Below, piece by piece: positions 1-9,635 of a DNA stretch of 64,000 nucleotides. A model generated the notes under the pieces. It had not been told where the DNA came from and ran no database searches. It saw nothing but the letters and a program-made list of their open reading frames with translations. This DNA is from Methanotrichaceae archaeon. Lineage in GTDB: Archaea; Halobacteriota; Methanosarcinia; Methanotrichales; Methanotrichaceae. Within the stretch, counting starts at the first letter, position 1. Every line of letters starts with the position of its first letter. The stretch spans positions 224,001 through 288,000 of the forward strand of contig CAWEXU010000030.1 in NCBI GenBank assembly GCA_963813075.1, given 5' to 3'. A program made the position numbers and the translations under genes.

Positions 1-1156
1 AGAGATCTCCCAGGCCCAGGGTATGCCCCATCTCATGCAATAGTACCGATTCTACGTCGACGTCCTTCTTATTGGTGCGATCCGTGCGCCATTTGTAGTT
101 TGAATTCATGACCAGATCGGACTCAAGAGCGCTGTAGTACCCATCAACCTTTTTCGAGCTGTAGTAGGTTCTGGCATAGGCCAGCACATTGCAATTGGTC
201 TTTAAAGGCTGCCAGTTGATAGTATTTTTCTTGTTGTATCGGTCAGCTGCTACCTTAGAATCTAGTGTGACCAGGTTGCTGTCAGCAAACAGATTCTGGT
301 TTGATGCCCCATCCCAGGTATTCGAGGCCGACTCGATTGCTTTCTTTACTTCCCCGGTTTTCAGACCCTCTTTTGCCAGGACCTTATCATCTTTCAAGAC
401 CCACTTTAGCTGAGGATCTTTTGTATTCCACCGGTAACCCAATAGAGTATAGGCAGAGGATCTTCCTCCAGAGGAGGTTGTCACCGGGCCGGTCAATTCC
501 CTGGATAGATCGCTCTCGGCCCCTTTTTTGGCATTTGAGGCGATCAGGCCAAAGCTTCCCTCTCCATCGTTGGAAAGGCCCTCTACCGACATGGCCACGT
601 CACCGGAGGCTACGAATTGCATGCTCTCGCTGTCAAGCATTTCAACACCCAAGGCCTCCACATTGCCGGACATGGCCGCATGGTCGCCAGCTCCGGCATA
701 TACCCCTGCCGAAAGATCGCCCTGGCCATCGAAACCGCTTGATATAAACATCTTATTCTCCGGAGAATCAGCATAATAGGCTATTGCACCATAGCTGCCG
801 GACATAGCCGTGCCCTGGCTGACATAGGCACCACTATCAGATACACCGGCAGAGGCAGAGGTATGAAACTCTCCCGAGCTCTCCATATCCGAGCCCGCGC
901 TCTTGCCGTTTGCATCGGTTGAAATCGATATGCTATTCTCTCCCGATCCGCTTGCGGTGAGGTCCCTGTTTATACCCCCGTCTCCCATTGTGGCTGACTC
1001 CACGAGGGTGGTGGAAACATCCAAGTCATAGATGGCGGACGATGAGACGGAATCTCCACCCTTCTGGGAGCTAAAACCAACGTTGATGCTGAGGGCAGGA
1101 GCGATTAAGCCATAGAAAAATATAGCTAAAGTTATGGCCGTTAAGTATTTCTTCAT
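1..1156 (-). CDS. Secreted matrixin/M10-like zinc metalloprotease, paralogue 1 (3' end runs off the window; absent from the ORF track)
   Basis: Manual translation from ATG 1156 gives MKKYLTAITLAIFFYGLIAPALSINVGF (signal peptide) with a GGAGG RBS. It reads through to VESVLLHEMGHTLGLGDL at the window edge and is collinear with 1897-3165. Confidence 0.9.
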   Translation of the reverse strand, partial: MKKYLTAITLAIFFYGLIAPALSINVGFSSQKGGDSVSSSAIYDLDVSTTLVESATMGDGGINRDLTASGSGENSISISTDANGKSAGSDMESSGEFHTSASAGVSDSGAYVSQGTAMSGSYGAIAYYADSPENKMFISSGFDGQGDLSAGVYAGAGDHAAMSGNVEALGVEMLDSESMQFVASGDVAMSVEGLSNDGEGSFGLIASNAKKGAESDLSRELTGPVTTSSGGRSSAYTLLGYRWNTKDPQLKWVLKDDKVLAKEGLKTGEVKKAIESASNTWDGASNQNLFADSNLVTLDSKVAADRYNKKNTINWQPLKTNCNVLAYARTYYSSKKVDGYYSALESDLVMNSNYKWRTDRTNKKDVDVESVLLHEMGHTLGLGDL

Positions 1157-1896
1157 CAATTCTATTCCTCCTTTGCAGCAATAACTGATCTCTGGTGCCG
1201 ATACAATTCAGCACTCAATCAGCCAAGGTTCCATTATTATATGAATTGCTAGAACCCACAGAAGGTCATTTTGCCGAGATCTGTAAATAAGCTTTCCGCA
1301 AAGATTAAATACAGATAATGCGGGCAAGTAAATTAAAAAAATTCAGAAGTATTGAAGCCGGCAATAAAAATGTGGGCGAAAAGCCGCAAGTAATGCCTGA
1401 GTGGTTCTTCCAATTCCTGGCGATATCTTTCGCGAGCAGTAAGCTTACATTTTCTGGGCGGCCATTAGATATAATATAATTACAAAAAAATCACTATGCT
1501 GAGCAAACACAATAAAATCAGACTCAAATAAAAAAATGTCTATTTTTAATTAGCTCCAATAGCTTAAAACTGGCCTTCAGAATGATGCATTCACCGGCTA
1601 AAAGAGCCGATGCAAGATCTTATGATATCGAGAATTCATGAAATGAATGGATCCCTGGACCAAAGGGCATCAGCTTTCTCTTATTGCCCTGGATTAACCA
1701 CCAGGGGTATTTATCAGTATTTTTGATTCGGAAGCCACATAATTAAGATATTTCATTAGACACCAATTCTGATTCACAAAATCCTCTCGGGATTGGTTCT
1801 CCCAGTTAGATTATCATCCTTAAAAATATATATTTTCTTATAAAGGCTGATAAAAAAATATTTGTTTTATATTTTGTATTTTCTATTTTGTATATA

Positions 1897-3165
1897 TCAG
1901 CCATATAGCTTCCAGATTCCAGTCTTATCCCCGTTTCCTAAAGCGCGCTTCTCTCGGGTATAGTAGTGCATCACCTGTGCGGTATCATATGTGTACTCTG
2001 CCTTGCCATAAAGATCTCCCAGGCCGAGAGTATGACCCATCTCATGCAACAACACAGACTGGACATCAAGATCCCCCTTATTGATGCTATCCGTTCGCCA
2101 ATTGTAGTTTGAATTTAAGACCAGATCGGACTCAAGGGCGCTGGAGTAACCGTCAACCTTAGCCGAGCTGTAATATGTCCTGGCATAACCCAATACCTTA
2201 CAATTAGTGACTAAAGGCTTCCAGTTGATTGTATTCTTCCGGTTGTACCGGTCAGCAGTCACCAAAGGATCCAGTGTGACCAGGCTGCTGTCAGCAAATA
2301 GATTCTGATTCGATGCCGCATCCCAGGTATTCGAGGCCGACTCGATCGCCTTTTTTACCTCAACCGTATCCAGACCCTCGTTTTTCATAATAGGGTCATT
2401 CTTTAAGACCCACTTTAACTGGGGATCTTTTGTATTCCACCGGTAACCCAATAGAGTATAGGCAGAGGACCTTCCTCCAGTGGAAGTCGTCACCGGACCG
2501 GTCAATTCCCTGGATAGATCGCTATCTATTCCTTTCCTGGCATTTGAGGCCACCAGGCCGAAGCTTCCCTCGCCATTATTGGAAAGGCCCTCCACCGACA
2601 TGGCCACGTCGCCAGAGGCAACGAATTGCATGCTCTCGCTGTCAAGCATTTCAACGCCTAAGGCCTCAACATCACCGGATATCGCCGCATGGTCGCCAGC
2701 TTCAGCAAAGACCCCTGCGGAAAGATCGCCCCGGCCATCGAAACCACTTGATACAAACATCCTATTCTCCGGAGAATCAGCATAATAGGCGATCCCGCCA
2801 TAGCTGCCGGACATAGCCGTTCCCTGGCTGACATAGGCACCACGATCAGATACACCAGCAGAGGCAGAGGTATGAAACTCTCCTGAGCTCTCCAAATCCG
2901 AGCCCGCGCTCTTGCCGTTTGCATTGGTTGAAATCGATATGCTGTTCTCTCCCGATCCGCTTGCAGTGAGGTCCCTGTTTATCCCCCCGTCTCCCAGTGT
3001 GGCTGACTCCACGAGGGTAGTGGACTGGTCCAGGTCATAGCCGGCAGATGATGAAGCAATCTCTCCATTTTTCTCGGAGCTAAAACCCACATTGATGCCG
3101 AAGGCGGGAGTCATTAAGATATAGAAGAATAAAGTCAATGCGATTATAGCAAAACGTTTTCTCAT
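1897..3165 (-). CDS. Secreted matrixin/M10-like zinc metalloprotease, paralogue 2
   Basis: Signal peptide MRKRFAIIALTLFF after a GGAGG RBS (start 3165 preferred over 3237); HEMGHTLGLGD zinc motif; QVMHYY Met-turn. Confidence 0.9.
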   Translation of the reverse strand: MRKRFAIIALTLFFYILMTPAFGINVGFSSEKNGEIASSSAGYDLDQSTTLVESATLGDGGINRDLTASGSGENSISISTNANGKSAGSDLESSGEFHTSASAGVSDRGAYVSQGTAMSGSYGGIAYYADSPENRMFVSSGFDGRGDLSAGVFAEAGDHAAISGDVEALGVEMLDSESMQFVASGDVAMSVEGLSNNGEGSFGLVASNARKGIDSDLSRELTGPVTTSTGGRSSAYTLLGYRWNTKDPQLKWVLKNDPIMKNEGLDTVEVKKAIESASNTWDAASNQNLFADSSLVTLDPLVTADRYNRKNTINWKPLVTNCKVLGYARTYYSSAKVDGYSSALESDLVLNSNYNWRTDSINKGDLDVQSVLLHEMGHTLGLGDLYGKAEYTYDTAQVMHYYTREKRALGNGDKTGIWKLYG

Positions 3166-3653
3166 TTCAATTCTATCCTCCTTTGCAATATAGACCGATC
3201 CTCTATTTGGTGTTGGATCAGTAGAGGTTGTCGTCACACGAAATGAAGAAATCCTCTGACGAATTCGTTAAATGTCGTTATATTTAATCTTTTCGCAGAT
3301 TTAGCTGCAAATGTAAGCCATCAATGGTAGATGAAATTGGAGAAAAATAGATATGCATAGATGTGTACGCCAAATGCCGTACAATGGCCAAACCGCCATC
3401 CTGTCTCCTGAGAAAGCAGCAGGAAATTGCAGGCGGTCGGTTGTAATTGGGCTCTATATTGAGGATAAATCGGTCGGAAAATTATTGAATTAAAAATTAT
3501 GCTTGAAGGCATAGAGCCTCATGCCTGCCGATAAATTCCAAAGCTGCTCCATATTTGATCGACAGGAATGGCCACCCCCCACAGGGCAGCCATGATGTTC
3601 AATCCTGCCCAGCATCTCGACTGCCAAGAGGGCATATGATCACTTACATACGA

Positions 3654-4637
3654 TCATCCATACAGCTTCCAGATCGCACTCTTATCACCATTTCCAAGAG
3701 AGCGCTTCTCGCAGGTATAGTTGTGCATCACCTGCTCATTATCAAACTCATACTCATCAAGGCCGTAAATATCCCCCAGCCCCAGGGTGTGGCCCATCTC
3801 ATGCAGTGCCACTGACTGAACATCTCTATCTTGAGAATTGCCGCTATCCACGCGCCAATCCTTATTAGAATTAAAAACCAGATCGGACTCTATTGCGGTT
3901 CCATATCCATCCACCAGCCGGCTCTTATAGTAATAGGTTCTGGCATATGCGAGCACATTGCAGTTGCTTCGCAAGGATTGCCAATTGATGGTATTCATCT
4001 TATTATAACTATCAGGTGCTACAGTTGGATTCAGAGTAACCAGATCGCTATCAGCAAATAGGTTCTGATTAGATGCATTATCCCAGGTATTCGCAGCCGC
4101 CTCCATTGCATTCTTTATATCTGTGCTGCTCAGACCTTCAGCGTCCATGATCTCATCGTTTTTCAGAACCCATTTGAGCTCGGGGTTCCTGGTATTCCAC
4201 CTGTATCCCAGTAATTTGTAGGCATCTATCCTTCCCCCACCCTCAGTATAATCCGGCCCAGCGAGGAGCGAGCCATTCTCCATCAGCATACCAGTCCCCA
4301 TCAAAAGATCGCCGGAGCTTGAAGCGACCTTTATTCCATCTGCTGTGATGCTGACATCCTGGCCCGCAGAGGTTATTCGGGTATTCACCTGAGGGTTATC
4401 TGTGGCCACAAAAAGCCCATTATGCCGGGCGATGCCTGATCCAACGATACTGGTCTCCGTCACCATGCCATTGGTCTCAGATTCCAGCCTTGTCCCTCTA
4501 TCCAGCTGATAATTTGACGAGGATGTGGCCACATCCCCCCCGCTTTCCGCACTGAAGCTTACACTGATGCTCATTGCAGGTGTCAAAAGACTGCATAAAC
4601 ATATCGCAGATAACAGAGCTGTGAGAAACGGCTTCAT
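3654..4637 (-). CDS. Secreted matrixin/M10-like zinc metalloprotease, paralogue 3 (shorter N-terminal region)
   Basis: Signal peptide; GGAGG RBS; HEMGHTLGLGD and QVMHNY motifs; C-terminus KRSLGNGDKSAIWKLYG matches paralogue 2. Confidence 0.9.
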   Translation of the reverse strand: MKPFLTALLSAICLCSLLTPAMSISVSFSAESGGDVATSSSNYQLDRGTRLESETNGMVTETSIVGSGIARHNGLFVATDNPQVNTRITSAGQDVSITADGIKVASSSGDLLMGTGMLMENGSLLAGPDYTEGGGRIDAYKLLGYRWNTRNPELKWVLKNDEIMDAEGLSSTDIKNAMEAAANTWDNASNQNLFADSDLVTLNPTVAPDSYNKMNTINWQSLRSNCNVLAYARTYYYKSRLVDGYGTAIESDLVFNSNKDWRVDSGNSQDRDVQSVALHEMGHTLGLGDIYGLDEYEFDNEQVMHNYTCEKRSLGNGDKSAIWKLYG

Positions 4638-4821
4638 TTTTGATCCTCCTACTTGAGATACTGATTTAAAATAATTAGTGTTAAAGTTATTTAAATTTTT
4701 TGATCTGTTTGTCTTATGAGCACCGGTTGCATAAATAAATAGTACATACTTGAAATTAAACGATTTAGAATGGACCCGCCACTAATTTAAAAAATTAGCT
4801 TTTCCTGAAGACAGACCATAT

Positions 4822-4944
4822 TTAAGTTTTCCGTACTTTTAGCACGTGACAATTCAGGCGTATTGTTAATCCATAAGACATATAAATGATGGCCATTAGT
4901 AAAGAGGTTAAAGGTAGATCTGACAGGAAAGCATTTGCCTCCAT
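4822..4944 (-). CDS. Candidate 40-aa hydrophobic small protein
   Basis: GGAGG 7 nt upstream of ATG; MEANAFLSDLPLTSLLMAIIYMSYGLTIRLNCHVLKVRKT. Confidence 0.3.
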   Translation of the reverse strand: MEANAFLSDLPLTSLLMAIIYMSYGLTIRLNCHVLKVRKT

Positions 4945-4990
4945 ATAGTTGCCTCCTTATGGATCTATCTTCCCCAATGTGTTTTTTTTA
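4905..4990 (+). ncRNA. Candidate small RNA with two anti-Shine-Dalgarno motifs
   Basis: TATAAA at about 4881; stem AAGGTAGATC (4911-4920)/GATCTATCTT (4962-4971) enclosing TTGCCTCC twice; T8 run at 4982-4989. Confidence 0.4.
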
Positions 4991-5085
4991 TATTTTATAT
5001 GATAAACTACTCCTCGGCCTGGAGACGTGGTTAGAATGGTGTCCACTGAAGCAGGAAGACGGTTAAAAAAGAAGGGATTATTTAA

Positions 5086-5439
5086 TTATGCTTTTTCCAT
5101 GCGGGATTTTAAGACCTCGTTGTATATGGTCTCTTCGAGTTCACTGATGCGACCGAGATTCTGATTCAACCTCTTTAATGCATAAAGCTTCTTCGCAGCC
5201 AATAACGCAAGAGTTATAGATATGAGGAGTATAATAGCCAGCAGTAAGATATATCCATTAATTATATCCAAAGCTCCTTTTTGATGTGAAAAGAGCATGA
5301 AAGCAAATGCATTAACTGAAACACCAAGCAGCGATGAAATAGATATTCCAATAATAAGAATAGAGAGCTGTTTTTTCCTCTGCTCCACGCGCTCCACCAT
5401 ATCATATACCGCATCAATCGAGGCTTTATTTTCCGTCAT
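5086..5439 (-). CDS. Hypothetical two-TM membrane protein
   Basis: Two hydrophobic segments; ATG 5439 with a GGAGTGA RBS inside the end of the upstream wHTH gene. Confidence 0.75.
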   Translation of the reverse strand: MTENKASIDAVYDMVERVEQRKKQLSILIIGISISSLLGVSVNAFAFMLFSHQKGALDIINGYILLLAIILLISITLALLAAKKLYALKRLNQNLGRISELEETIYNEVLKSRMEKA

Positions 5440-5441
5440 TC

Positions 5442-5759
5442 TCACTCCCTTGCCCACTCATTTAATACAAAGAGCTCATCATTGATGGTTTTGAACCATT
5501 CATATCTGGATTTGCCCAAGGGTGTAAGCTCATATACAATCACTTCCCTTGCCCCCCACGCCACTCGCTTCTCCTCTACATATCCGGCGTCTTTAAGCAT
5601 ATTGATATATTTCTCAGCCGAAGTTGTCTTCAGATTGGCGCACTGTATTATATGGGTCTTCAGCGCTCGCCCTTTTGATTGGCTCTTTTCAATGCACTCA
5701 AGAAGTTTTAGAACAATCTTGATTGCAGGCCTGTATTTCGCAACACCCATATAAAACAT
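5442..5759 (-). CDS. Winged helix-turn-helix transcriptional regulator (COG3432/HTH_45-like)
   Basis: KTHIIQCANL...AEKYINMLKDAGYV...YELTPLG pattern. Confidence 0.8.
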   Translation of the reverse strand: MFYMGVAKYRPAIKIVLKLLECIEKSQSKGRALKTHIIQCANLKTTSAEKYINMLKDAGYVEEKRVAWGAREVIVYELTPLGKSRYEWFKTINDELFVLNEWARE

Positions 5760-6423
5760 CCACCTTACAGCACTTAATAGGCTTCCATACCTTTAGTACA
5801 TCACATCTAGATCAAGAGTGTGTCTGCCCAGGTATATCAACCTTTATCGCTCATTATAGACCGAATCCAATCTATTGCTTATAAATCCACCCGAAGCTAG
5901 CATAGGATAAAACCACCCGAAATTGGAGAGGACTATCATCGAAAAACTAACTAAAATATTAACATTCTCATCAGTCCATGCTATCATAATTCATCGTCGT
6001 GATCGGCGATGGGATTTAATGTTGATGCAATTTTTCTCTGATCACAGGATACGCCCTGCATTGCAGGTTCATGCCTGAATGGCACTAATAGTTTATTTTG
6101 ACTAACATCATAATTAGAATCGCGAATACGTATTAATGTATATATGCGAGAAGCATTTCCTAATCCATGAATAGATAAGCCTTTTTGATATTGTTTTCGC
6201 AGAAAAATACCCATCTGCCACGATTGAATCAGGAGATTCACCTCTCCAAAGGCATGCAGGAAAATCGCATATAACGTGCCATGTGAGTTCAATTGGGAAT
6301 CAGACAATGCGATAGATTTATATGTAACTGTGATGCCAAGACAATATTGCTCGTTTAGAGATAAGCCTTCCGGAGAATATATAAATTTCGGGATGCAATA
6401 TAATTAAATAGTGGGGGAAGAGT

Positions 6424-6705
6424 ATGAAAAGAAGCAAAGATGCCATAATATCCCAAATCTTAGATGTCTGCGTTGAGGGCGCGAGCAAGACCAGGATCGT
6501 CTATCAATCGAACCTAAACTTCAGGACTGTGATCCCTTATATTGATTTGCTCACAAAAAATGAGCTGTTGGAGGTCACAACAAACAATAAATCATCGGTC
6601 GTTTTTACCACCACCCCAAAAGGGCTTAAGCTGCTAAAGGATTTCAAGAACATTCAAAGCGTCATTCCTGAAATCTATGACCTCACGGAAAAAGAGAGAG
6701 CTTAG
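6424..6705 (+). CDS. Winged helix-turn-helix transcriptional regulator (COG3432/HTH_45)
   Basis: MKRSK..II..IL..C..GASKTRIVYQSNLNF...Y...L...TTPKG signature. Confidence 0.9.
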   Translation: MKRSKDAIISQILDVCVEGASKTRIVYQSNLNFRTVIPYIDLLTKNELLEVTTNNKSSVVFTTTPKGLKLLKDFKNIQSVIPEIYDLTEKERA

Positions 6706-6889
6706 AAGAAGTTCTGGCCTTGAGTGGCTTTTTTTGCATTCCCCAAAATGATCTGGCCCTCTATGTGAGATAGCCTCCCGTTTTTGTTTTCTTGCAGTAT
6801 ATCAATTTGAATATATTCTATATACCCAATATAGACCTATATAGTCTAATGGGACAAGGAATATATCAGGTGGATTCAATCGCAGATAA

Positions 6890-7360
6890 ATGATTAATGC
6901 AATTGGCTACGGAGACATTCGATATGTTGATAGCCTCACTGGCCTTCTCAAATATTATGAAGCTCTCATGCAGAGGGGCGGCCTGGTGGCGAGAGCCGGT
7001 GAGGTCAGATCGCTAAAGCTCGGCCTGATTTTAGACCTGTTGAAGACGGTGGGGATTCCCGAGGGCCATAAGACGGGCCTGATCTCTGCCGTTCTGAGGG
7101 GCTGGGATATGAATTGCAGAAATAGGAGCATCGGCCAGATGGAAGAGGAGATGCGGGCGATTTTGGTCAGCATCGAGGCTCTTCAGAATGAGCTGGCAAG
7201 GGCCAAAAGCCAGTGGGGGCCCAAGGCCAGGCAGAGGCTGGATACAGCAGTGCTGGTTGCCCTTCCTTTGATGCCGACTGACCTGAAAAGTGAGGAAGTG
7301 AGCAAAATCCAGGACCTCCTCCGCCGGACAATGAACTGCCTTACGGCAAAAATGGATTGA
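6890..7360 (+). CDS. Hypothetical helical protein
   Basis: 156-aa ORF with an upstream AGGTGG element; no motif recognised. Confidence 0.65.
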   Translation: MINAIGYGDIRYVDSLTGLLKYYEALMQRGGLVARAGEVRSLKLGLILDLLKTVGIPEGHKTGLISAVLRGWDMNCRNRSIGQMEEEMRAILVSIEALQNELARAKSQWGPKARQRLDTAVLVALPLMPTDLKSEEVSKIQDLLRRTMNCLTAKMD

Positions 7361-7379
7361 TGATCCCTCTTTTTTCCAT

Positions 7380-8627
7380 CTACCAGCTTATCTTCTTGCG
7401 ATAGTAATTTCGGACCACAATGGCCAGAAGGTTGGTGCTTAATACCAGAGATATCAGCACCAGAGCCGTACCCCAGGCCCGGGCCTCTACATCCCAGGCC
7501 CCCAGGAAGTAGATCAGGTTCAGGAGATGGTAGTTCAAATTATTCACCGGCTGGAATAGATCAGGAACTATCCCGTAGATCATCTGCACCGGAGTGGCGG
7601 TAAAGGTCACCGCCGTCCACATGATGGGCGCCGTCTCGCCTGAGGCCTTGGCCACCCCCATGATCACCCCGGTGAGGATTCCGGGCATGGCAGAGGGCAA
7701 AACCACCTTTCTTATAGTCTGCCACTTCGTCGCCCCCAGGGCCATGCTGCCCTCACGCAGAGAGTTTGGAACGCTCTTCAAAGCCTCCTGGCTGGTCAGA
7801 ATTATGGTGGGGATATTTATCAGGCCCAGGATGATCGAGCCGGAGATCAGAGACACTCCGAATAGTGTCACCAGAAATGCCAGGCCGAATAGGCCATAGA
7901 CCACAGAGGGTACCCCATTCAAGCAGCTTACGGCAATGGTGATCAGCCGGTTGAGCCGGTCGCTCTTGGAGTATTCATGCAGGTAGATGGCCGCTCCAAT
8001 TCCCAGGGGAGAGGAGATGAGCATGGCCCCCAGGACCATCCAGAGAGATCCCAGTATGGCAGTGCTGATTCCCCCCGCCTGCCCCAACCTCCGGTGGGGT
8101 GCGGTCAGAAACTCCCAGTTTATCACCCAGATGCCTTTGTAGATGATGATGAACAGAATTCCGCCCAGGAGGACAATGGACAGCATTGCGGACATCCTTA
8201 TGCCCAGAAATACCAGCGCCTCCCTTCCCCGAGCAGTATAGCCATAGACTAGATTGAGAGCATCCTTGATGCATAGCAGGCTGGCGATCAAGACCATCAG
8301 CGGAAATAAGAAAGAATACTCAAAAGAAGCTCCGACACCAAGCGGCCTTTTGATAATGAAATCCGGACCCAGAGCGCCCGAAAAAGACAGGAAGAAAACC
8401 GCCCCGCAGAAGAGAACATCCAGCATCATAAAAGGCGCAGTTCTCAGAGAAGCGCCCTTAGCGGTCAGATACGATCCCAAAATCGCCAGGGGGCAGAGTA
8501 TCAGGCAGGCTTCCCAGATCGGTTTTAGCCCTTCGAGCTCTGGCTGGAGGACCAGGCAGATTGTCGAAGAGACAAATAGGAATGCCGATATGACAAATGA
8601 TGCCGCTAGCAGAGGTCTGACCTTCAA
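7380..8627 (-). CDS. pstA: Phosphate ABC transporter permease PstA with extra N-terminal TM segments
   Basis: GIGAAIYLHEY, GVPSVVYGLFG, REGSMALGATKWQTI and GETAP motifs; TTG start 8627 after GGAGG. Confidence 0.9.
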   Translation of the reverse strand: MKVRPLLAASFVISAFLFVSSTICLVLQPELEGLKPIWEACLILCPLAILGSYLTAKGASLRTAPFMMLDVLFCGAVFFLSFSGALGPDFIIKRPLGVGASFEYSFLFPLMVLIASLLCIKDALNLVYGYTARGREALVFLGIRMSAMLSIVLLGGILFIIIYKGIWVINWEFLTAPHRRLGQAGGISTAILGSLWMVLGAMLISSPLGIGAAIYLHEYSKSDRLNRLITIAVSCLNGVPSVVYGLFGLAFLVTLFGVSLISGSIILGLINIPTIILTSQEALKSVPNSLREGSMALGATKWQTIRKVVLPSAMPGILTGVIMGVAKASGETAPIMWTAVTFTATPVQMIYGIVPDLFQPVNNLNYHLLNLIYFLGAWDVEARAWGTALVLISLVLSTNLLAIVVRNYYRKKISW

Positions 8628-8628
8628 C

Positions 8629-9537
8629 TCAATATCCTCCGAACTTCTTTCTGATCCGCAACCGGGCATAATCCGCAATCAGGCTTAAGATGGAGACCAC
8701 AAGCAATAGCATGAGCCCCACCGCAAACAGGACGTGATAGTGAGTCGATCCCCTGGCAACCTCTCCCATCTCTCCGGCAATGACGGAGGTGAATGTCGCC
8801 CCCTGGTCGAAGATATCATAGGGGGGAGAGGCGATCCTGGCCACGTTTCCCACCACCAGCAAGACTGCCATGGTCTCGCCGATTATGCTCCCTATATTGA
8901 GGAGGACGGCAGCAGTGATTCCAGATGATGCTGCCGGTATGGTGACATTCCTTATGGTCTGCCACCGGTTCGCTCCCAGGGCTAAGGAGCCTTCTTTGAA
9001 CTCTCCGGGCACCGCCCGCAAAGCATCCTCGCAGATGGTGGTAAGGTAGGGGATGAACATCACCCCCAGGAGTATTGATCCGGCCAGAATTGACCTACCG
9101 GTGAGCATGTCGAAGCTGTCCTGCAGGTAGGTTACCAGGATAATCACCCCTAAAAATCCATAGACAATAGATGGGACCCCTGCCAGAAGCTCTATAGCCG
9201 GCTTGAGGACTGCTTTGCTCCTGGGGCTCGCCAGCTCTGCCAGGTAGATGGCCAGAGGAAATCCGATGGCGATGTTGATGAAAAGGGCCAGAATGGTGAT
9301 GGTGAGGGATGCGGTGATAAGGGGCAAAAAGCCATAGATGTCGCCGGAAGGATGCCATTTCATGCCCGATAAAAGGGAGATAATGCCAAGCTCCCCGAAG
9401 GCGGGAATGCTTTCGTGAATGAGAAAATAGAATATTAAAAGCATCACCAGAATCGATGTGATGGCGGACACAAATAGCAAGGTCTCAACGAAAAGCTCGC
9501 TATACCTGCGGGGCATCATCATTCGTGGCCGGTCCAT
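8629..9537 (-). CDS. pstC: Phosphate ABC transporter permease PstC
   Basis: ELLAGVPSIVYG, EGSLALGANRWQTI and IGETMAV motifs. Confidence 0.92.
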   Translation of the reverse strand: MDRPRMMMPRRYSELFVETLLFVSAITSILVMLLIFYFLIHESIPAFGELGIISLLSGMKWHPSGDIYGFLPLITASLTITILALFINIAIGFPLAIYLAELASPRSKAVLKPAIELLAGVPSIVYGFLGVIILVTYLQDSFDMLTGRSILAGSILLGVMFIPYLTTICEDALRAVPGEFKEGSLALGANRWQTIRNVTIPAASSGITAAVLLNIGSIIGETMAVLLVVGNVARIASPPYDIFDQGATFTSVIAGEMGEVARGSTHYHVLFAVGLMLLLVVSILSLIADYARLRIRKKFGGY

Positions 9538-9635
9538 TGAAGGCCAATTGCACCTGCGGGTTAAAGTCCTTATGCATAGTATCTATATAGATAGCTTACT
9601 CCGCATAAATCATATTGAGATAACTTTTTCAATAA

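Noticed and set aside
3321..3512. 63-aa ORF between protease paralogues
   Set aside because: No RBS or motif seen; probably spurious
5984..6307. 107-aa ORF between the two wHTH genes
   Set aside because: AT-rich intergenic DNA, TTG start without RBS, no recognisable protein features
9538..9635. Replication origin directly beside cdc6
   Set aside because: Only about 100 bp, no ORB-like repeats; consistent with the pstC promoter
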